A DNA stretch of 64,000 bases from a virus. Below are positions 8,968-18,464 of this stretch, in pieces. Each line of letters starts with the position of its first letter. Within the stretch, counting starts at the first letter, position 1. Under the pieces are notes generated by a model. It was not told where the DNA came from and did no database searches. It saw nothing but the letters and a program-made list of their open reading frames with translations. Where the stretch lies: IMG/VR virus record IMGVR_UViG_3300050034_000403, positions 25,229 to 89,228 of that record; one strand, 5' to 3'. The position numbers and the translations under genes are program-made.

Positions 8968-9993
8968 TTACGCTGCGGTAGACTCAGAAACTTCCTGCCG
9001 AATCGCCTGCGATGTTGCCTGCCGGCGCTGCGATTCATTCAAGTTCAACGGATCAGGACGCTCGTTGGCCTTCACAGCACGTGCCACATCAGCAAAGCGA
9101 GAAGGCTGCGCAATCCGCACATCCGGATTCGATCCAATCTTTTCGGCCCACTTGCGATCTGTTTCTTCAATCGCCTTCTGCCGCGCTTCTTCCGCTTCCT
9201 TCAGCTTTGCTTCAAAAGGTGCCGAAGCTTCCAGCCGAACCTTTGCGTCGTGCTCTTCCTGCGACTTGCGCTGAATCTCAGCCTGCTTGCCGGCAAAGTC
9301 GTACTTCCGTGCCACGTAATCGCGGAACGGCAACCGGGAGTTGCTGGCTTCTTCTGAGAGTTTGTCGAAGGAATCGGGAAGGAACTGTCCACCGCTCAAT
9401 CGCTGGTATTCCTGCATGGCCCAGCCGACATTGCTAATTCCGGCACCCAGGCGCTGATCGATGGCTTCCATCGTGAACGTTGGGCTACCAGGCGTTCCAC
9501 CCTGCGCACCGGCCACATAGCGGCCTTGTGCATCGCGCTGCTGGTTTGCTGCCTGTGCTTCCTGCGGCTTGTAATTCGGCGCTTCTGTCGGAACAAATCC
9601 GGCGGAGCGTGCGGCTTCATTCTGCGCACGATAGAAAGCGGCTTGCGCTTCCAAATTCGCCTTTTCGGTTCCCCAATTGTTCAATGCCGGCGCAATCTCT
9701 TTGTCGTAAAATTCTGCGTTGGAACGCTGAGCAACTTCGGCCGCTTCTTTTGCTTCTGCCGCAGCCTTTCGTTCCTGTTCAGCTTTTTCGATAGCCTGCT
9801 GTGCTGCCTGGCGCTCTTGCTCTGCCTTTGCGGCAGATTCTTGGGCCTTGGTGGCAGATTCCTGAGCAGTCTTCCGTTCCTGTTCCGCAGTAGTCAGGAC
9901 TCCGGTGAATGCAGTAATCGCCTTTGCATCGAGTGCAGCGATCTGCTCGTCGTTCAATCCGGATTGCTTCAAAATTTCGTTTACTGTCGGCAT
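8968..9993 (-). CDS. Capsid scaffolding protein (341 aa, coiled coil)
   Basis: Ala/Gln/Glu-rich heptads, immediately upstream of the major capsid gene. Confidence 0.7.
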   Translation of the reverse strand: MPTVNEILKQSGLNDEQIAALDAKAITAFTGVLTTAEQERKTAQESATKAQESAAKAEQERQAAQQAIEKAEQERKAAAEAKEAAEVAQRSNAEFYDKEIAPALNNWGTEKANLEAQAAFYRAQNEAARSAGFVPTEAPNYKPQEAQAANQQRDAQGRYVAGAQGGTPGSPTFTMEAIDQRLGAGISNVGWAMQEYQRLSGGQFLPDSFDKLSEEASNSRLPFRDYVARKYDFAGKQAEIQRKSQEEHDAKVRLEASAPFEAKLKEAEEARQKAIEETDRKWAEKIGSNPDVRIAQPSRFADVARAVKANERPDPLNLNESQRRQATSQAIRQEVSESTAA

Positions 9994-10014
9994 GTCACTT
10001 GTTCTCCCGAAGCG

Positions 10015-10332
10015 TTAGTATTGCGGTTGCTGACCCATCGGTGTTGGCTGTGGCGGACTTACCAAAGCCGTTTGCATCTCTTGAATTCCCTGCGATACCT
10101 TTTCCGCACCAGAGGCAAGACGCGGATCGGAGGCAGCCATTTGCTTGGCTGTCTGATACCAACGTGCGAGCAACATCTGCATTGGATTGGCAGGAGCTTG
10201 CGAAGGAGCACCTTGCTGCGGGGCATTTTGGTCAGGTGCGCCTTGCGGCTGAGCGCCAGCTCCTTGATCGGGAGGCGGTGTACCTGCACCTTGTCCTTGG
10301 TCCTGCGGCATTGGTTGTGCACTTGTAGCCAT
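10015..10332 (-). CDS. Pro/Gln-rich hypothetical protein
   Basis: 105 aa, AAGGAG RBS, between portal and scaffold. Confidence 0.6.
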   Translation of the reverse strand: MATSAQPMPQDQGQGAGTPPPDQGAGAQPQGAPDQNAPQQGAPSQAPANPMQMLLARWYQTAKQMAASDPRLASGAEKVSQGIQEMQTALVSPPQPTPMGQQPQY

Positions 10333-10395
10333 TACTGGAATCTCCTTGAGCGAGATTCCCCAACGGCAGCATAGCTACCGTTGGGGAAAAGGTAA

Positions 10396-10503
10396 CTACG
10401 CCTTGATGGCGCTGCGCTTGCCGCGGCCCTTGCGACCACGACTCTTGCGGCCCTTCTTCAGATGGCTTGCCTTCATTGCACTAGCCTTGCGACGTTTTGC
10501 CAT
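10396..10503 (-). CDS. Protamine-like basic peptide (35 aa)
   Basis: MAKRRKASAMKASHLKKGRKSRGRKGRGKRSAIKA with AAGGAGG RBS, followed by a hairpin terminator at about 10357-10390. Confidence 0.7.
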   Translation of the reverse strand: MAKRRKASAMKASHLKKGRKSRGRKGRGKRSAIKA

Positions 10504-10530
10504 GATGTTTTCCTCCTTGGTGTGAAATAG

Positions 10531-10598
10531 AAATGGCCCAAGGCCATTTCTGGTCTTGAGCCATTGCTGATTCCCCAAGGAGGGGGGGCATGCCGCTC
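10531..10598 (-). promoter_or_regulatory. Conserved two-hairpin late-gene leader element, copy 2
   Basis: Preceded on the minus strand by promoter-like TTGACG-N17-TATAGC (10615..10643). Confidence 0.7.
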
Positions 10599-10652
10599 AA
10601 AAGATTCTGTTAGAGCTATAAGCCGAATTCTTTTTCGCGTCAAGTGTTATTT

Positions 10653-10892
10653 TTACAAAATCGTTTCGTCTACATCCAGAATCTTACGAATCTCTTCCGC
10701 TTGTGCATCAGAAATCTTAGTGCGCTGTTCGAGATTTACTCCCTGCACAGAACCCTGGTTATACTGAACAACCATCTTTCCGGTTGTTCTTGTAGCTTGG
10801 AGTAACTCGTCGGTCTGCTGAATATCGGCAGGTAATTCGACGCTTACTTCGGTCAAATAGTAGTCTTTTTGAACCTTGATTTGGACTGCCAT
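10653..10892 (-). CDS. Hypothetical protein (79 aa)
   Basis: AAGGAG RBS, directly downstream of the portal gene. Confidence 0.6.
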   Translation of the reverse strand: MAVQIKVQKDYYLTEVSVELPADIQQTDELLQATRTTGKMVVQYNQGSVQGVNLEQRTKISDAQAEEIRKILDVDETIL

Positions 10893-10901
10893 GTCTTCTC
10901 C

Positions 10902-12977
10902 TTAGCTTTCGCTTACTACCGTGCGCGGTTCTCCACCTTGCGCGCCTTTTTGCTTGATCTTGGGCGGCTTTCCTCCGCTCGATGGCCGACCGCCACCAGC
11001 GCCCTTGCCACCGCCGCCGCCCTTACCACCGCCCTTACCACCGCCACCTTCTTCTGGTGGCTGAATTCCGAGCTGCTTCATAAACTGCTGTGCCGCAGCA
11101 GCCGCAAGAATCTTCAGCTTTTGCGATTCCAGCTCTTCGTTGAACCATTTTTCATGTTCGGTATTTCCCTGCACCTCGCCATAGTTGGGGATATCGAGGT
11201 TCTTCATCACCGTCGACCAAGAAATCGGCGCACCACCACGCTTCAGTTGCAGCATCATCAATTGACGTTGCATCTGCGTCACCTTCAACAGCGTGCTCGG
11301 CACCGATACCAACCGAATCTGCTTGGCAAACCAACGCGCACGCGTCAGCTGGTTGTAATGCGATGGATCTTCGGGAAAATTACCGCTGATCATCTCGTCG
11401 GGCATGTGGCTCGGAACCAGATCGTCTGGATTAAAGTCAAAAACCTCTCGTGCAATGCTGTCTGGTCCCACATACTCCATGATTCGTCCGACGTTGAACC
11501 ATTGCAGGATCAGGAATTTCATGCGGTAACCAACCGCCTTATTGCCTTTTTCAATGCGTGCGGCAATGCCCTTTGCAATTGGGCCAATGGACTCCAGCAT
11601 CTTGTCGGCCGTGTCATTGGCAATGTTCATCTTCATGTTCTGAAGATTGCCAAGATCCGTCAGGCCCAACTGCGACTGCTTGCACTCCTTCAAATACTTC
11701 AAAAACGTGAAATGCTCCGAGCTAACACGAACTTCTTCAGGAAGAATCGACTGAAGGATGTCTCTCGGCTTGCCGTCTACGCCGTAGCGCACGTCTTGCT
11801 CAAAGATGTCAAAATGCTCAATCTTTGCGCCGCCTGTGGCGGTGTGGTCATAACCGATCGGCGGATTCAACGTAATCGTGATTACGTCGTCTATCTTGCG
11901 CTCGATCTTGCGCGTCGTTGTTTCAATCGATGCCACATCACCTACTAAAGAACGTCCCAGAGGCTCCCAAGCCCAATCATCCACGGTGTACTGAATCACT
12001 GGAATCTTTCCATCCCAGTCAAAGCTTGGTCCGTCGTACATGGGCCGATCGAGTCCAGTGGAAGTAATGATGAGTCGCAGGTTCGGATACACGCGGCAAT
12101 CTTCTACCGTCGCCGGTCGCATGTACGCCAAGCCGTTGCGCATGCCGCCAAAAATCATTTGGCCAACATAGGGAACTTTGTAGAACCAACTGGTGCCAAC
12201 ATCTCCCATTGGCAATTCATAACCGGTATTGTTGATTCGGAGGTCGCGAATAAACGTGTAGCGAATTTCGCAATAAAGATTGCCAAAACTCCGGTTTGGG
12301 CCACCATAGCGGAAGCGCTCGGCGTAATCCATCCGTCGCGCTTGAACCTGCGTTTTGTAACTACGCGGTCCAACTGTCTGCAATTGTCCCTGGAAAAGCG
12401 GGAAACGACCGTGAGCTTCTGCGATCGGCATGTAGTCGTAGACCGTGACGGCGTAAGCATCCTGCACGTCGTTGCTTCGAGGAATCTGAACAGGAACTAC
12501 ATCCAGCAGGCCCAACGCATCGAACACCATCTTGCGTTCGCCATAGCCATATTCGTCCGCGCGCACCTTTGGCCACAGATAACCGATACCGGTAACGCTG
12601 GCATACTGCAAAACTTTCAAAATCTGGAAAGGAAAATCGGATTCCAGGTAGACGCACTTTGATACCTTGGTCAGCATCTCTGCCATTTGCTTATATGCAG
12701 GGATATCCGACCCATATCCGGCAATTTCGCGCACTTCGGAAAGAGTTTCGCAGAACTTGCGGATGTCGTATTTCAGTTCATTGGTGACAAGAATTGACCG
12801 CGACTTATCTCTGAAGATGGCATCGAAAATGCGCATATTCGTGCCCAGGTTCTTGTAGCATGTCTGCCCTTCAAGAAACCCTTCACCTTCTTCGATTTGT
12901 TCCTCGACCCATCCAGCACGCGAACTCGGCGAGGATTCAAACTTTGGGCATTGCCAGCAGGTAGTTTCTAGCTCCAT
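10902..12977 (-). CDS. Portal protein (about 690 aa)
   Basis: Size and position between terminase and scaffold/capsid; Gln/Gly-rich C-terminal tail as in podovirus-type portals. Confidence 0.7.
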   Translation of the reverse strand: MELETTCWQCPKFESSPSSRAGWVEEQIEEGEGFLEGQTCYKNLGTNMRIFDAIFRDKSRSILVTNELKYDIRKFCETLSEVREIAGYGSDIPAYKQMAEMLTKVSKCVYLESDFPFQILKVLQYASVTGIGYLWPKVRADEYGYGERKMVFDALGLLDVVPVQIPRSNDVQDAYAVTVYDYMPIAEAHGRFPLFQGQLQTVGPRSYKTQVQARRMDYAERFRYGGPNRSFGNLYCEIRYTFIRDLRINNTGYELPMGDVGTSWFYKVPYVGQMIFGGMRNGLAYMRPATVEDCRVYPNLRLIITSTGLDRPMYDGPSFDWDGKIPVIQYTVDDWAWEPLGRSLVGDVASIETTTRKIERKIDDVITITLNPPIGYDHTATGGAKIEHFDIFEQDVRYGVDGKPRDILQSILPEEVRVSSEHFTFLKYLKECKQSQLGLTDLGNLQNMKMNIANDTADKMLESIGPIAKGIAARIEKGNKAVGYRMKFLILQWFNVGRIMEYVGPDSIAREVFDFNPDDLVPSHMPDEMISGNFPEDPSHYNQLTRARWFAKQIRLVSVPSTLLKVTQMQRQLMMLQLKRGGAPISWSTVMKNLDIPNYGEVQGNTEHEKWFNEELESQKLKILAAAAAQQFMKQLGIQPPEEGGGGKGGGKGGGGGKGAGGGRPSSGGKPPKIKQKGAQGGEPRTVVSES

Positions 12978-12982
12978 TGCGG

Positions 12983-13555
12983 TCAACCCTCGATTTCATT
13001 CAGTACGGCAAAATTTCCAAACAATTTCACCGCTGCCAGGTTGTACAACACAGCAGCTTCCTCGGGACTGCTACAGATTCCGAGATGATTGTTCTTCCCG
13101 TTGTGCTCAATCTGTGCTGCGAATTTCTTTCCTTTTTTTACTACGCCCCTATATCCCGTACTGCTTTTGTACTTGCGATTAGCTGCGTTTTGACTTGACG
13201 TTGCTACGCGCATTTCGGAACAGCGACAATCCAGTCCGTTCCCGTGGATGTGATCAACCTGAACGCCTTTGCTGACCCCCATAATTACGCGGTGCAACGA
13301 AACGTGTTTTCCATACTCCTCGCGCAATTCTTCCGTCGAAAGTGCTTCTGCATAAAACTTTTTCTTGCTTGGATGTAAATGCCAAAGAAATTGTGCCGCC
13401 AATTCCTTTTTGTCTGCATCGATAAGCGCTTCATGCCCATCGCCAAAAGGAATATGAACGACACCGTCGTCGTCAGTTATCCATGTCGCAGCAAACTCGG
13501 CCCGCTTTTTGCGGAAGTATTCTTTGCGTCCGCGAATTGTTTCCGGTTGAATCAA
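12983..13555 (-). CDS. HNH-AP2 homing endonuclease
   Basis: LHRVIMG...VDHIHGNGLDCR plus AP2 (GYRGV...HLG...EEAAVLYNLAA..LFGNFAVLN). Confidence 0.9.
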   Translation of the reverse strand: MIQPETIRGRKEYFRKKRAEFAATWITDDDGVVHIPFGDGHEALIDADKKELAAQFLWHLHPSKKKFYAEALSTEELREEYGKHVSLHRVIMGVSKGVQVDHIHGNGLDCRCSEMRVATSSQNAANRKYKSSTGYRGVVKKGKKFAAQIEHNGKNNHLGICSSPEEAAVLYNLAAVKLFGNFAVLNEIEG

Positions 13556-13644
13556 GCCTTCACCTGATAACTTCTATTGCGCATAGTAGGCAAAATTTGC
13601 CTACACGTCTACGCTAATTTCACATAGCGTAAGTTATGCGTAAC

Positions 13645-14034
13645 CTATCGTCCTTTCTCATACGCTTCTGCATGCAGATAGCTTTCGCGCCGCATTTTTG
13701 TCTTGTCCGGTCGATTGCCATACGATTCCAAATGTTGGCGCAAGAAGTCACGGTTCAGGTTATTCCGTGCGTTTGCCATCTGGTGGCGCATGTAGCTGCG
13801 CAAGTTGGCGCGGATGGGTCCTTCAATCATTTCTCGCTGCTCGTCTTCCATCTGGTACTTGTAGGCTTCCCACTTACGCATCCGTTCCGACCACACTTCG
13901 GCTTCATGCATGGTGTTGCAGACAATCTTTTCGAAACCCGCTGGTGCCGGGAACTGTTCAGGAAGGCCCATACGGATTTCGCCGCGAGTTCCATCGTGCC
14001 AAAACACGATTTTGGTTGCTAACTGTGCGTTCAA
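13645..14034 (-). CDS. Hypothetical protein between terminase and portal
   Basis: ORF 13645..14070; probably starts at the TTG overlapping the terminase stop. Confidence 0.55.
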   Translation of the reverse strand: MNAQLATKIVFWHDGTRGEIRMGLPEQFPAPAGFEKIVCNTMHEAEVWSERMRKWEAYKYQMEDEQREMIEGPIRANLRSYMRHQMANARNNLNRDFLRQHLESYGNRPDKTKMRRESYLHAEAYEKGR

Positions 14035-16181
14035 TCGAGACCTCCCACAGAAACCATGTTCGAAGAACATACGGCTTTGCTCAACGGAGGTGCTTTCTCC
14101 GTTGGCAATGCATAGCGCTTTTGCGATCTATCCGCAAGAATGTCGAAATCGTGCGCAGTAAAGAAAGATTGCGCCGCAGCACGCACGCGATCATCATGCT
14201 GACCGCTGCGATGCTCCAACTTGGAAACTCTGCCAGCCGCTGCATGCCGCTCCAGCGTTTTCAACTCTTCAATTAACCATCTGGATGTCGGGCGATACCA
14301 GCCACCATTCACAGCTTCCGTAAAGCGCGTCATCAGGATTGGCACACTCCATACGTTGGAATACCAGCCCTGTTTTTTGCCAGAATCATCCTTGATCTTT
14401 TTGCTGTCGTAGCGACGTGGAACGTGATGCCAATGGAAGCCCATCAGCTTCAACTGGTGCTGGCATGTATCACCTGGTCTTCCGATCTGCTCCACGCAAA
14501 ACTTCACGCCACGTGGATCTTTTGCATTTTCGCCATACCAGGCGGCAATGCAAGCTGCAAATCCGACAACTTGTGCAGAGTTGATGCGGTTCGATACCAG
14601 CTCAGCCACCTGATAGTCATATTCATCGCCAAAACGGTTGCGCGTTACCGATACGCAGGTTCTGTCTTCATCCTCTTTGCCAAGACCATCTGCCGTGTCG
14701 ATGCCGCAACTGTAGGTGTATCCAGGGTTGGGCTCTTCATATACCAGCAGCTTGTCAAAGGTTTCCAGCTCCACATCTTCGTCAATCGGAAGGAGAGGAA
14801 CCAAAACCCAGTCATAGCGTTGTCCGCGATCCGATTTCCATGTCACGCGGATATGCGCTTTGTCGTAATCAATCAATGGCTCTGGTGGCTCAAAACCATC
14901 GTCGATGGAATCACCAGTAATGGCGTAGGCTTGCACCTGCTTCTTTCTTTCCTTGGTGTCGCCTTGCACTTCATAAATGTTGTCTTCGATCTCCTGAATC
15001 GTTTCCACATCGAACACGCTGTCATGCACACCTGTCAGCGCTTCATAGTCGTCAGCCGGCATCTGCGCAAGCCAAATCTTCTGACTGTGATTTTTGCAAG
15101 ATTTGGCGTAATTGAATTCCCAAAACCACTGCTGCTCCAGCGGCATCCGCCAATCTTTTCCAACAATCCGTGACAAAAACGGCGTATTGCGAATGTAGGA
15201 CTCGGCACGGATCACATGCTTGCGCGTTGCTTCCATGCGCTTCTTGTAAAAGTCTTCTGGAACCGGGAACTGACGAATCCATGCCTTTTCAGGGTAAAGA
15301 TCCGTCGCCATTGCCCAAGGAATAAATACAGGGCAAAGATCATGCAATCCTTTGGGGAAGTCTTCTTTCGCAGCGCGCCACGTCTCGGCCAACCAGCCGG
15401 TGTTTCCACCACCTGTGCCTTCAAACACCATGAAGAGGTTGGGAGTGGCGTGCGTGGCGCGCAACAGGCCTTCTTCAATCACCTTCTTAGGCTTGGGGAT
15501 ATCCGCCAACTCCGAAACGTGAATTAATGTGGGAGTCCAACCTTGCGCGATACCCGTTGCCTGCATACCAGATTGAATGGACAACACAGATCCGTTATCG
15601 AATGAGCCTTTGGGTCCACGGCGCGGCACCAGCCACCAGGGGCATTGGTTGTAGGCAATATCCAGGATGCGACCGATCAGCTCGGACTTATCCGACTGCA
15701 CCGAGGCCATCACAGCCTGAGTGTGCGGAATGAACAACATCCTTTGAAGAAACTTCAGAGCGGTTTTTGTGGTGATGCCCACCTGCCGCGCTTTCAAAAT
15801 CAAAAGGCGAATAGCAACTTGCTTTTCGTCGAAATCGGCGATTACGGAATCGAAAACTTCTTGCGATTTCCGGTTTTTGAATTTGAAAATCTCGCCGCCT
15901 TCGTTGCAGACGTAGGCGTAGCAATCGTCAAAGTAGTTGCTATCGAGGGCACACATCACCTGCTCGTTCTCTACCCACCGCCAAATTTCCTTTTGGCGCT
16001 TTTGCGTGATGGGACGCACAAGGGAGATATACGAGGACTTCGAGTTTGATTCGATTTTTACGATGGAATCGATGTAGTGCTTGAATTCTTCCACCTGGGC
16101 AAACGTATGAGGGGTAGGCATCCACCCCTCACGCGCGGCGAACTTGTCCAGGTTCTGTACGATAATCTTTTCGGAATACAT
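14031..16181 (-). CDS. Terminase large subunit (716 aa)
   Basis: Walker A LKARQVGITT, Walker B IHVSELA, coupling motif EGTG, RNase H-like nuclease GIDTADG...HDDRV. Confidence 0.93.
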   Translation of the reverse strand: MYSEKIIVQNLDKFAAREGWMPTPHTFAQVEEFKHYIDSIVKIESNSKSSYISLVRPITQKRQKEIWRWVENEQVMCALDSNYFDDCYAYVCNEGGEIFKFKNRKSQEVFDSVIADFDEKQVAIRLLILKARQVGITTKTALKFLQRMLFIPHTQAVMASVQSDKSELIGRILDIAYNQCPWWLVPRRGPKGSFDNGSVLSIQSGMQATGIAQGWTPTLIHVSELADIPKPKKVIEEGLLRATHATPNLFMVFEGTGGGNTGWLAETWRAAKEDFPKGLHDLCPVFIPWAMATDLYPEKAWIRQFPVPEDFYKKRMEATRKHVIRAESYIRNTPFLSRIVGKDWRMPLEQQWFWEFNYAKSCKNHSQKIWLAQMPADDYEALTGVHDSVFDVETIQEIEDNIYEVQGDTKERKKQVQAYAITGDSIDDGFEPPEPLIDYDKAHIRVTWKSDRGQRYDWVLVPLLPIDEDVELETFDKLLVYEEPNPGYTYSCGIDTADGLGKEDEDRTCVSVTRNRFGDEYDYQVAELVSNRINSAQVVGFAACIAAWYGENAKDPRGVKFCVEQIGRPGDTCQHQLKLMGFHWHHVPRRYDSKKIKDDSGKKQGWYSNVWSVPILMTRFTEAVNGGWYRPTSRWLIEELKTLERHAAAGRVSKLEHRSGQHDDRVRAAAQSFFTAHDFDILADRSQKRYALPTEKAPPLSKAVCSSNMVSVGGLD

Positions 16182-16194
16182 CAGCCCTCATGAG

Positions 16195-16305
16195 CTAGCC
16201 CTTGACGGCGATCGTCTTGCTGGCTCTCTTACCGAGCTTCTTGACACGCGGCGTCATTTTCTTCGTTTCGCACAGCTTGCTTGAAACGCGCTTTGTTTTT
16301 GCCAT
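16195..16305 (-). CDS. Basic peptide (36 aa), not in the ORF track
   Basis: Manual translation MAKTKRVSSKLCETKKMTPRVKKLGKRASKTIAVKG with AAGGAGG RBS; same context as 10396..10503. Confidence 0.65.
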   Translation of the reverse strand: MAKTKRVSSKLCETKKMTPRVKKLGKRASKTIAVKG

Positions 16306-16378
16306 GACGTTCCTCCTTGGAACTTACGATCCCGCCAACTTGGTTGTTGCGGGAGGGTTGCAATAGGCCGGAAAACAG

Positions 16379-16448
16379 AAATGGCCCAAGGCCATCTCTG
16401 GTCCTGAGCCATTGCTTGTTCCCGCTTGAGCGAGGGGCATGTGTCTCG
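16379..16448 (-). promoter_or_regulatory. Conserved two-hairpin late-gene leader element, copy 3
   Basis: Preceded on the minus strand by promoter-like TTGACG-N17-TAAATG (about 16461..16489). Confidence 0.7.
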
Positions 16449-16498
16449 GTAATTGCTTTACATTTATACCGAATTACATCTTGCGTCAAGCGTAACTT

Positions 16499-17341
16499 TT
16501 AGTTCTCCGAGCGTAACTGTCGGATCGGTACAAGCTTTTGCAATGTATCGCTGGGCGAGGGGAAGAGTTCATCAATGTCATCGTCAAGGCCAAAAACGCC
16601 CTTCTCTTCATGCTCTTCCTTTTCACTGTCACTGGCAGATCCAAACACTGCTTTCCCGATGAATGTTGGACCTTTGGGCGTGGGAAGGAAGCCAAGCGCC
16701 TGGTGGATCATCGTGCGATCCTTCTCGCCGCCGGCCAACTGGGCAAACTGGATTGTCTTTTTCATAATCATCGGATGAGAGCTGAGCGCGATCACCTTCA
16801 CCGCATTCACGGAAGAAGCCTGAAGCGCAAACAAGATGGCACCAGTCAATCGTTGCAGATCGATTTTGGCAGAATAGGCGATCGCTTCCCAGGGCAACAT
16901 CTTACGATCGCTTGTCGGGAGAGAGTCATATTTCCCCAAAAAAGCCGCAATCACTTCATCCTGAGCGCAAAAACGCATGGCGTTTAAAACAGTCGGCAAC
17001 CCACCCTCGGCATTTTTAAACAGTGGGGTGATCTCCGGCAGGGACGCCATCACTTCCGGCTTGATCTTCAGGCGCCGCAGTGCTTCGTCCCTCCGTTTCA
17101 TCCTCATCGAGAGCTTGGGCACTGGCAGCGGATCTTGGGTGGGTTTTAAGGAATTCCCGCTCGCGTTCGCCGATGTATTCTTCTTCCTCGGGGACCGTGA
17201 GCCAATCGTCAAGGGATTCGTCGCTGGCTCCCTGCTCTTCACGGATAAGGTCTTCTGTGGTGGGGACGCGAGAGTAAACAGCTTCGTGGACTTCTTTTCG
17301 TTCTGGCCATTGCTTGGCGAATTGTTTTTCTTGTGTGTCAT
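16499..17341 (-). CDS. Hypothetical protein, candidate terminase small subunit (true start probably near 17100-17120)
   Basis: Helical protein upstream of the large terminase; its 5' part overlaps ORF 17016..17411. Confidence 0.4.
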   Translation of the reverse strand: MTHKKNNSPSNGQNEKKSTKLFTLASPPQKTLSVKSREPATNPLTIGSRSPRKKNTSANASGNSLKPTQDPLPVPKLSMRMKRRDEALRRLKIKPEVMASLPEITPLFKNAEGGLPTVLNAMRFCAQDEVIAAFLGKYDSLPTSDRKMLPWEAIAYSAKIDLQRLTGAILFALQASSVNAVKVIALSSHPMIMKKTIQFAQLAGGEKDRTMIHQALGFLPTPKGPTFIGKAVFGSASDSEKEEHEEKGVFGLDDDIDELFPSPSDTLQKLVPIRQLRSEN

Positions 17342-17411
17342 GAATGCCTGTCAGTGCAGTTGCCATCTGTTCAAATGCCGCCACAAGTCGCTCTTCAAAG
17401 TCTTCTGTCAT
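17016..17411 (-). CDS. Acidic hypothetical protein
   Basis: MTEDFEERL start with GGAGG RBS, overlapping the upstream stop (ATGA). Confidence 0.5.
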   Translation of the reverse strand: MTEDFEERLVAAFEQMATALTGIHDTQEKQFAKQWPERKEVHEAVYSRVPTTEDLIREEQGASDESLDDWLTVPEEEEYIGEREREFLKTHPRSAASAQALDEDETEGRSTAAPEDQAGSDGVPAGDHPTV

Positions 17412-18026
17412 GGCTTCGGCTCCTCCACCCAATCGCCAGTTCCCTTGCCAAAGTCTGGCCGAACCAAGCGAGAACGCCATTCTCCGGTTTCTTCATCCAG
17501 GACAGACGGCAATGGTGGATCATTCAGCATCGCATCAAGCCGTGCGCGCAGGGTTGTTGGCGTTGTCCACAACCCTACTTCACTGTGCACTTCAAACAGC
17601 TGTCCATCACTGCGAAGGGCGCGAAGGAACTGAAAACGATGCGTGTCCACAGTGACTGGCTTCATCCATTCTGTCCGCAACCAACGCAGTTCGCTCATTG
17701 GTTTTCTCCTGAGGAACGTCTCCGTATTCTGGCCAAATTGGAGTCGATAGCTCTTCGATGGAGCTTGGAATGCTTGTTCCATCGAATGGAAGCTCAGGCG
17801 TCAAGTTTTGCACCAGGTGGTAGGGCTTTCCAAGCGTCGGGTTAGCGCAATTTCTGTGCTCGACCTGATCTGCCCAGAAAAGCCCTGCCTTGACGTGGCG
17901 ATACTTGTGCGCCTTCAAAATGCGCTTATGGCACAGCCAGCAAGTCCGATGATGAACGGTCTCCAGGTGGAAAATCCCGATCAAGCGTTCAAACCAGGAC
18001 TGTTTTTTCTCTCCCATTGCGCATCC

Positions 18027-18311
18027 TTACTTCTTCACCGGCAGTGCAGGCTTGGGCTGTTCCGGTTCCACGATAAAGTTCTGTGGATTCACGCGGTAGC
18101 CGGGATGGCTGGCAGCGAACTCTGTCAGGATGGTTTGTTCCTGCTGCAGCGCATCCTGCCACTGCTTCTGCACGTCCTGCTTGATCTTTTCGCAGCTCTG
18201 AAGAGCAATACGATCTGCGGTGCTCAGCTGCGGTACCTGATTCGGTTTCGGTGCCTGTTGCGCAAATGCCGGCGTCAATGCCAGCACGAAAATCGCCAAC
18301 CAACGTTTCAT
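18027..18311 (-). CDS. Small exported coiled-coil protein
   Basis: Signal peptide MKRWLAIFVLALTPAFAQ; AAGGAG RBS. Confidence 0.65.
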   Translation of the reverse strand: MKRWLAIFVLALTPAFAQQAPKPNQVPQLSTADRIALQSCEKIKQDVQKQWQDALQQEQTILTEFAASHPGYRVNPQNFIVEPEQPKPALPVKK

Positions 18312-18331
18312 TGTCTTCTCCTTTGAACTTT

Positions 18332-18433
18332 GCGCGGGCCAAAGGCAGGAATTCGAACCGACGACCCTCTCCGCAACAGGTGCGCCCACCTTTACACGGA
18401 GCCGCTCTACCACTGAGCTACTAAGGTCCGCGC
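18332..18433 (-). ncRNA. tRNA-like RNA with an expanded anticodon arm
   Basis: D-arm TAGCTCAGTGGTAGAGC and T-loop GGTTCGAAT present; the CTCCG/CGGAG stem encloses an extra hairpin instead of a 7-nt loop; no CCA. Confidence 0.6.
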
Positions 18434-18464
18434 GTTCCTCCGGGTACAAGGCCGGAGAACTTCG

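Noticed and set aside
12983-13555. HNH genes as group I intron ORFs
   Set aside because: All four HNH genes appear free-standing between intact ORFs, and no intron core was recognised.
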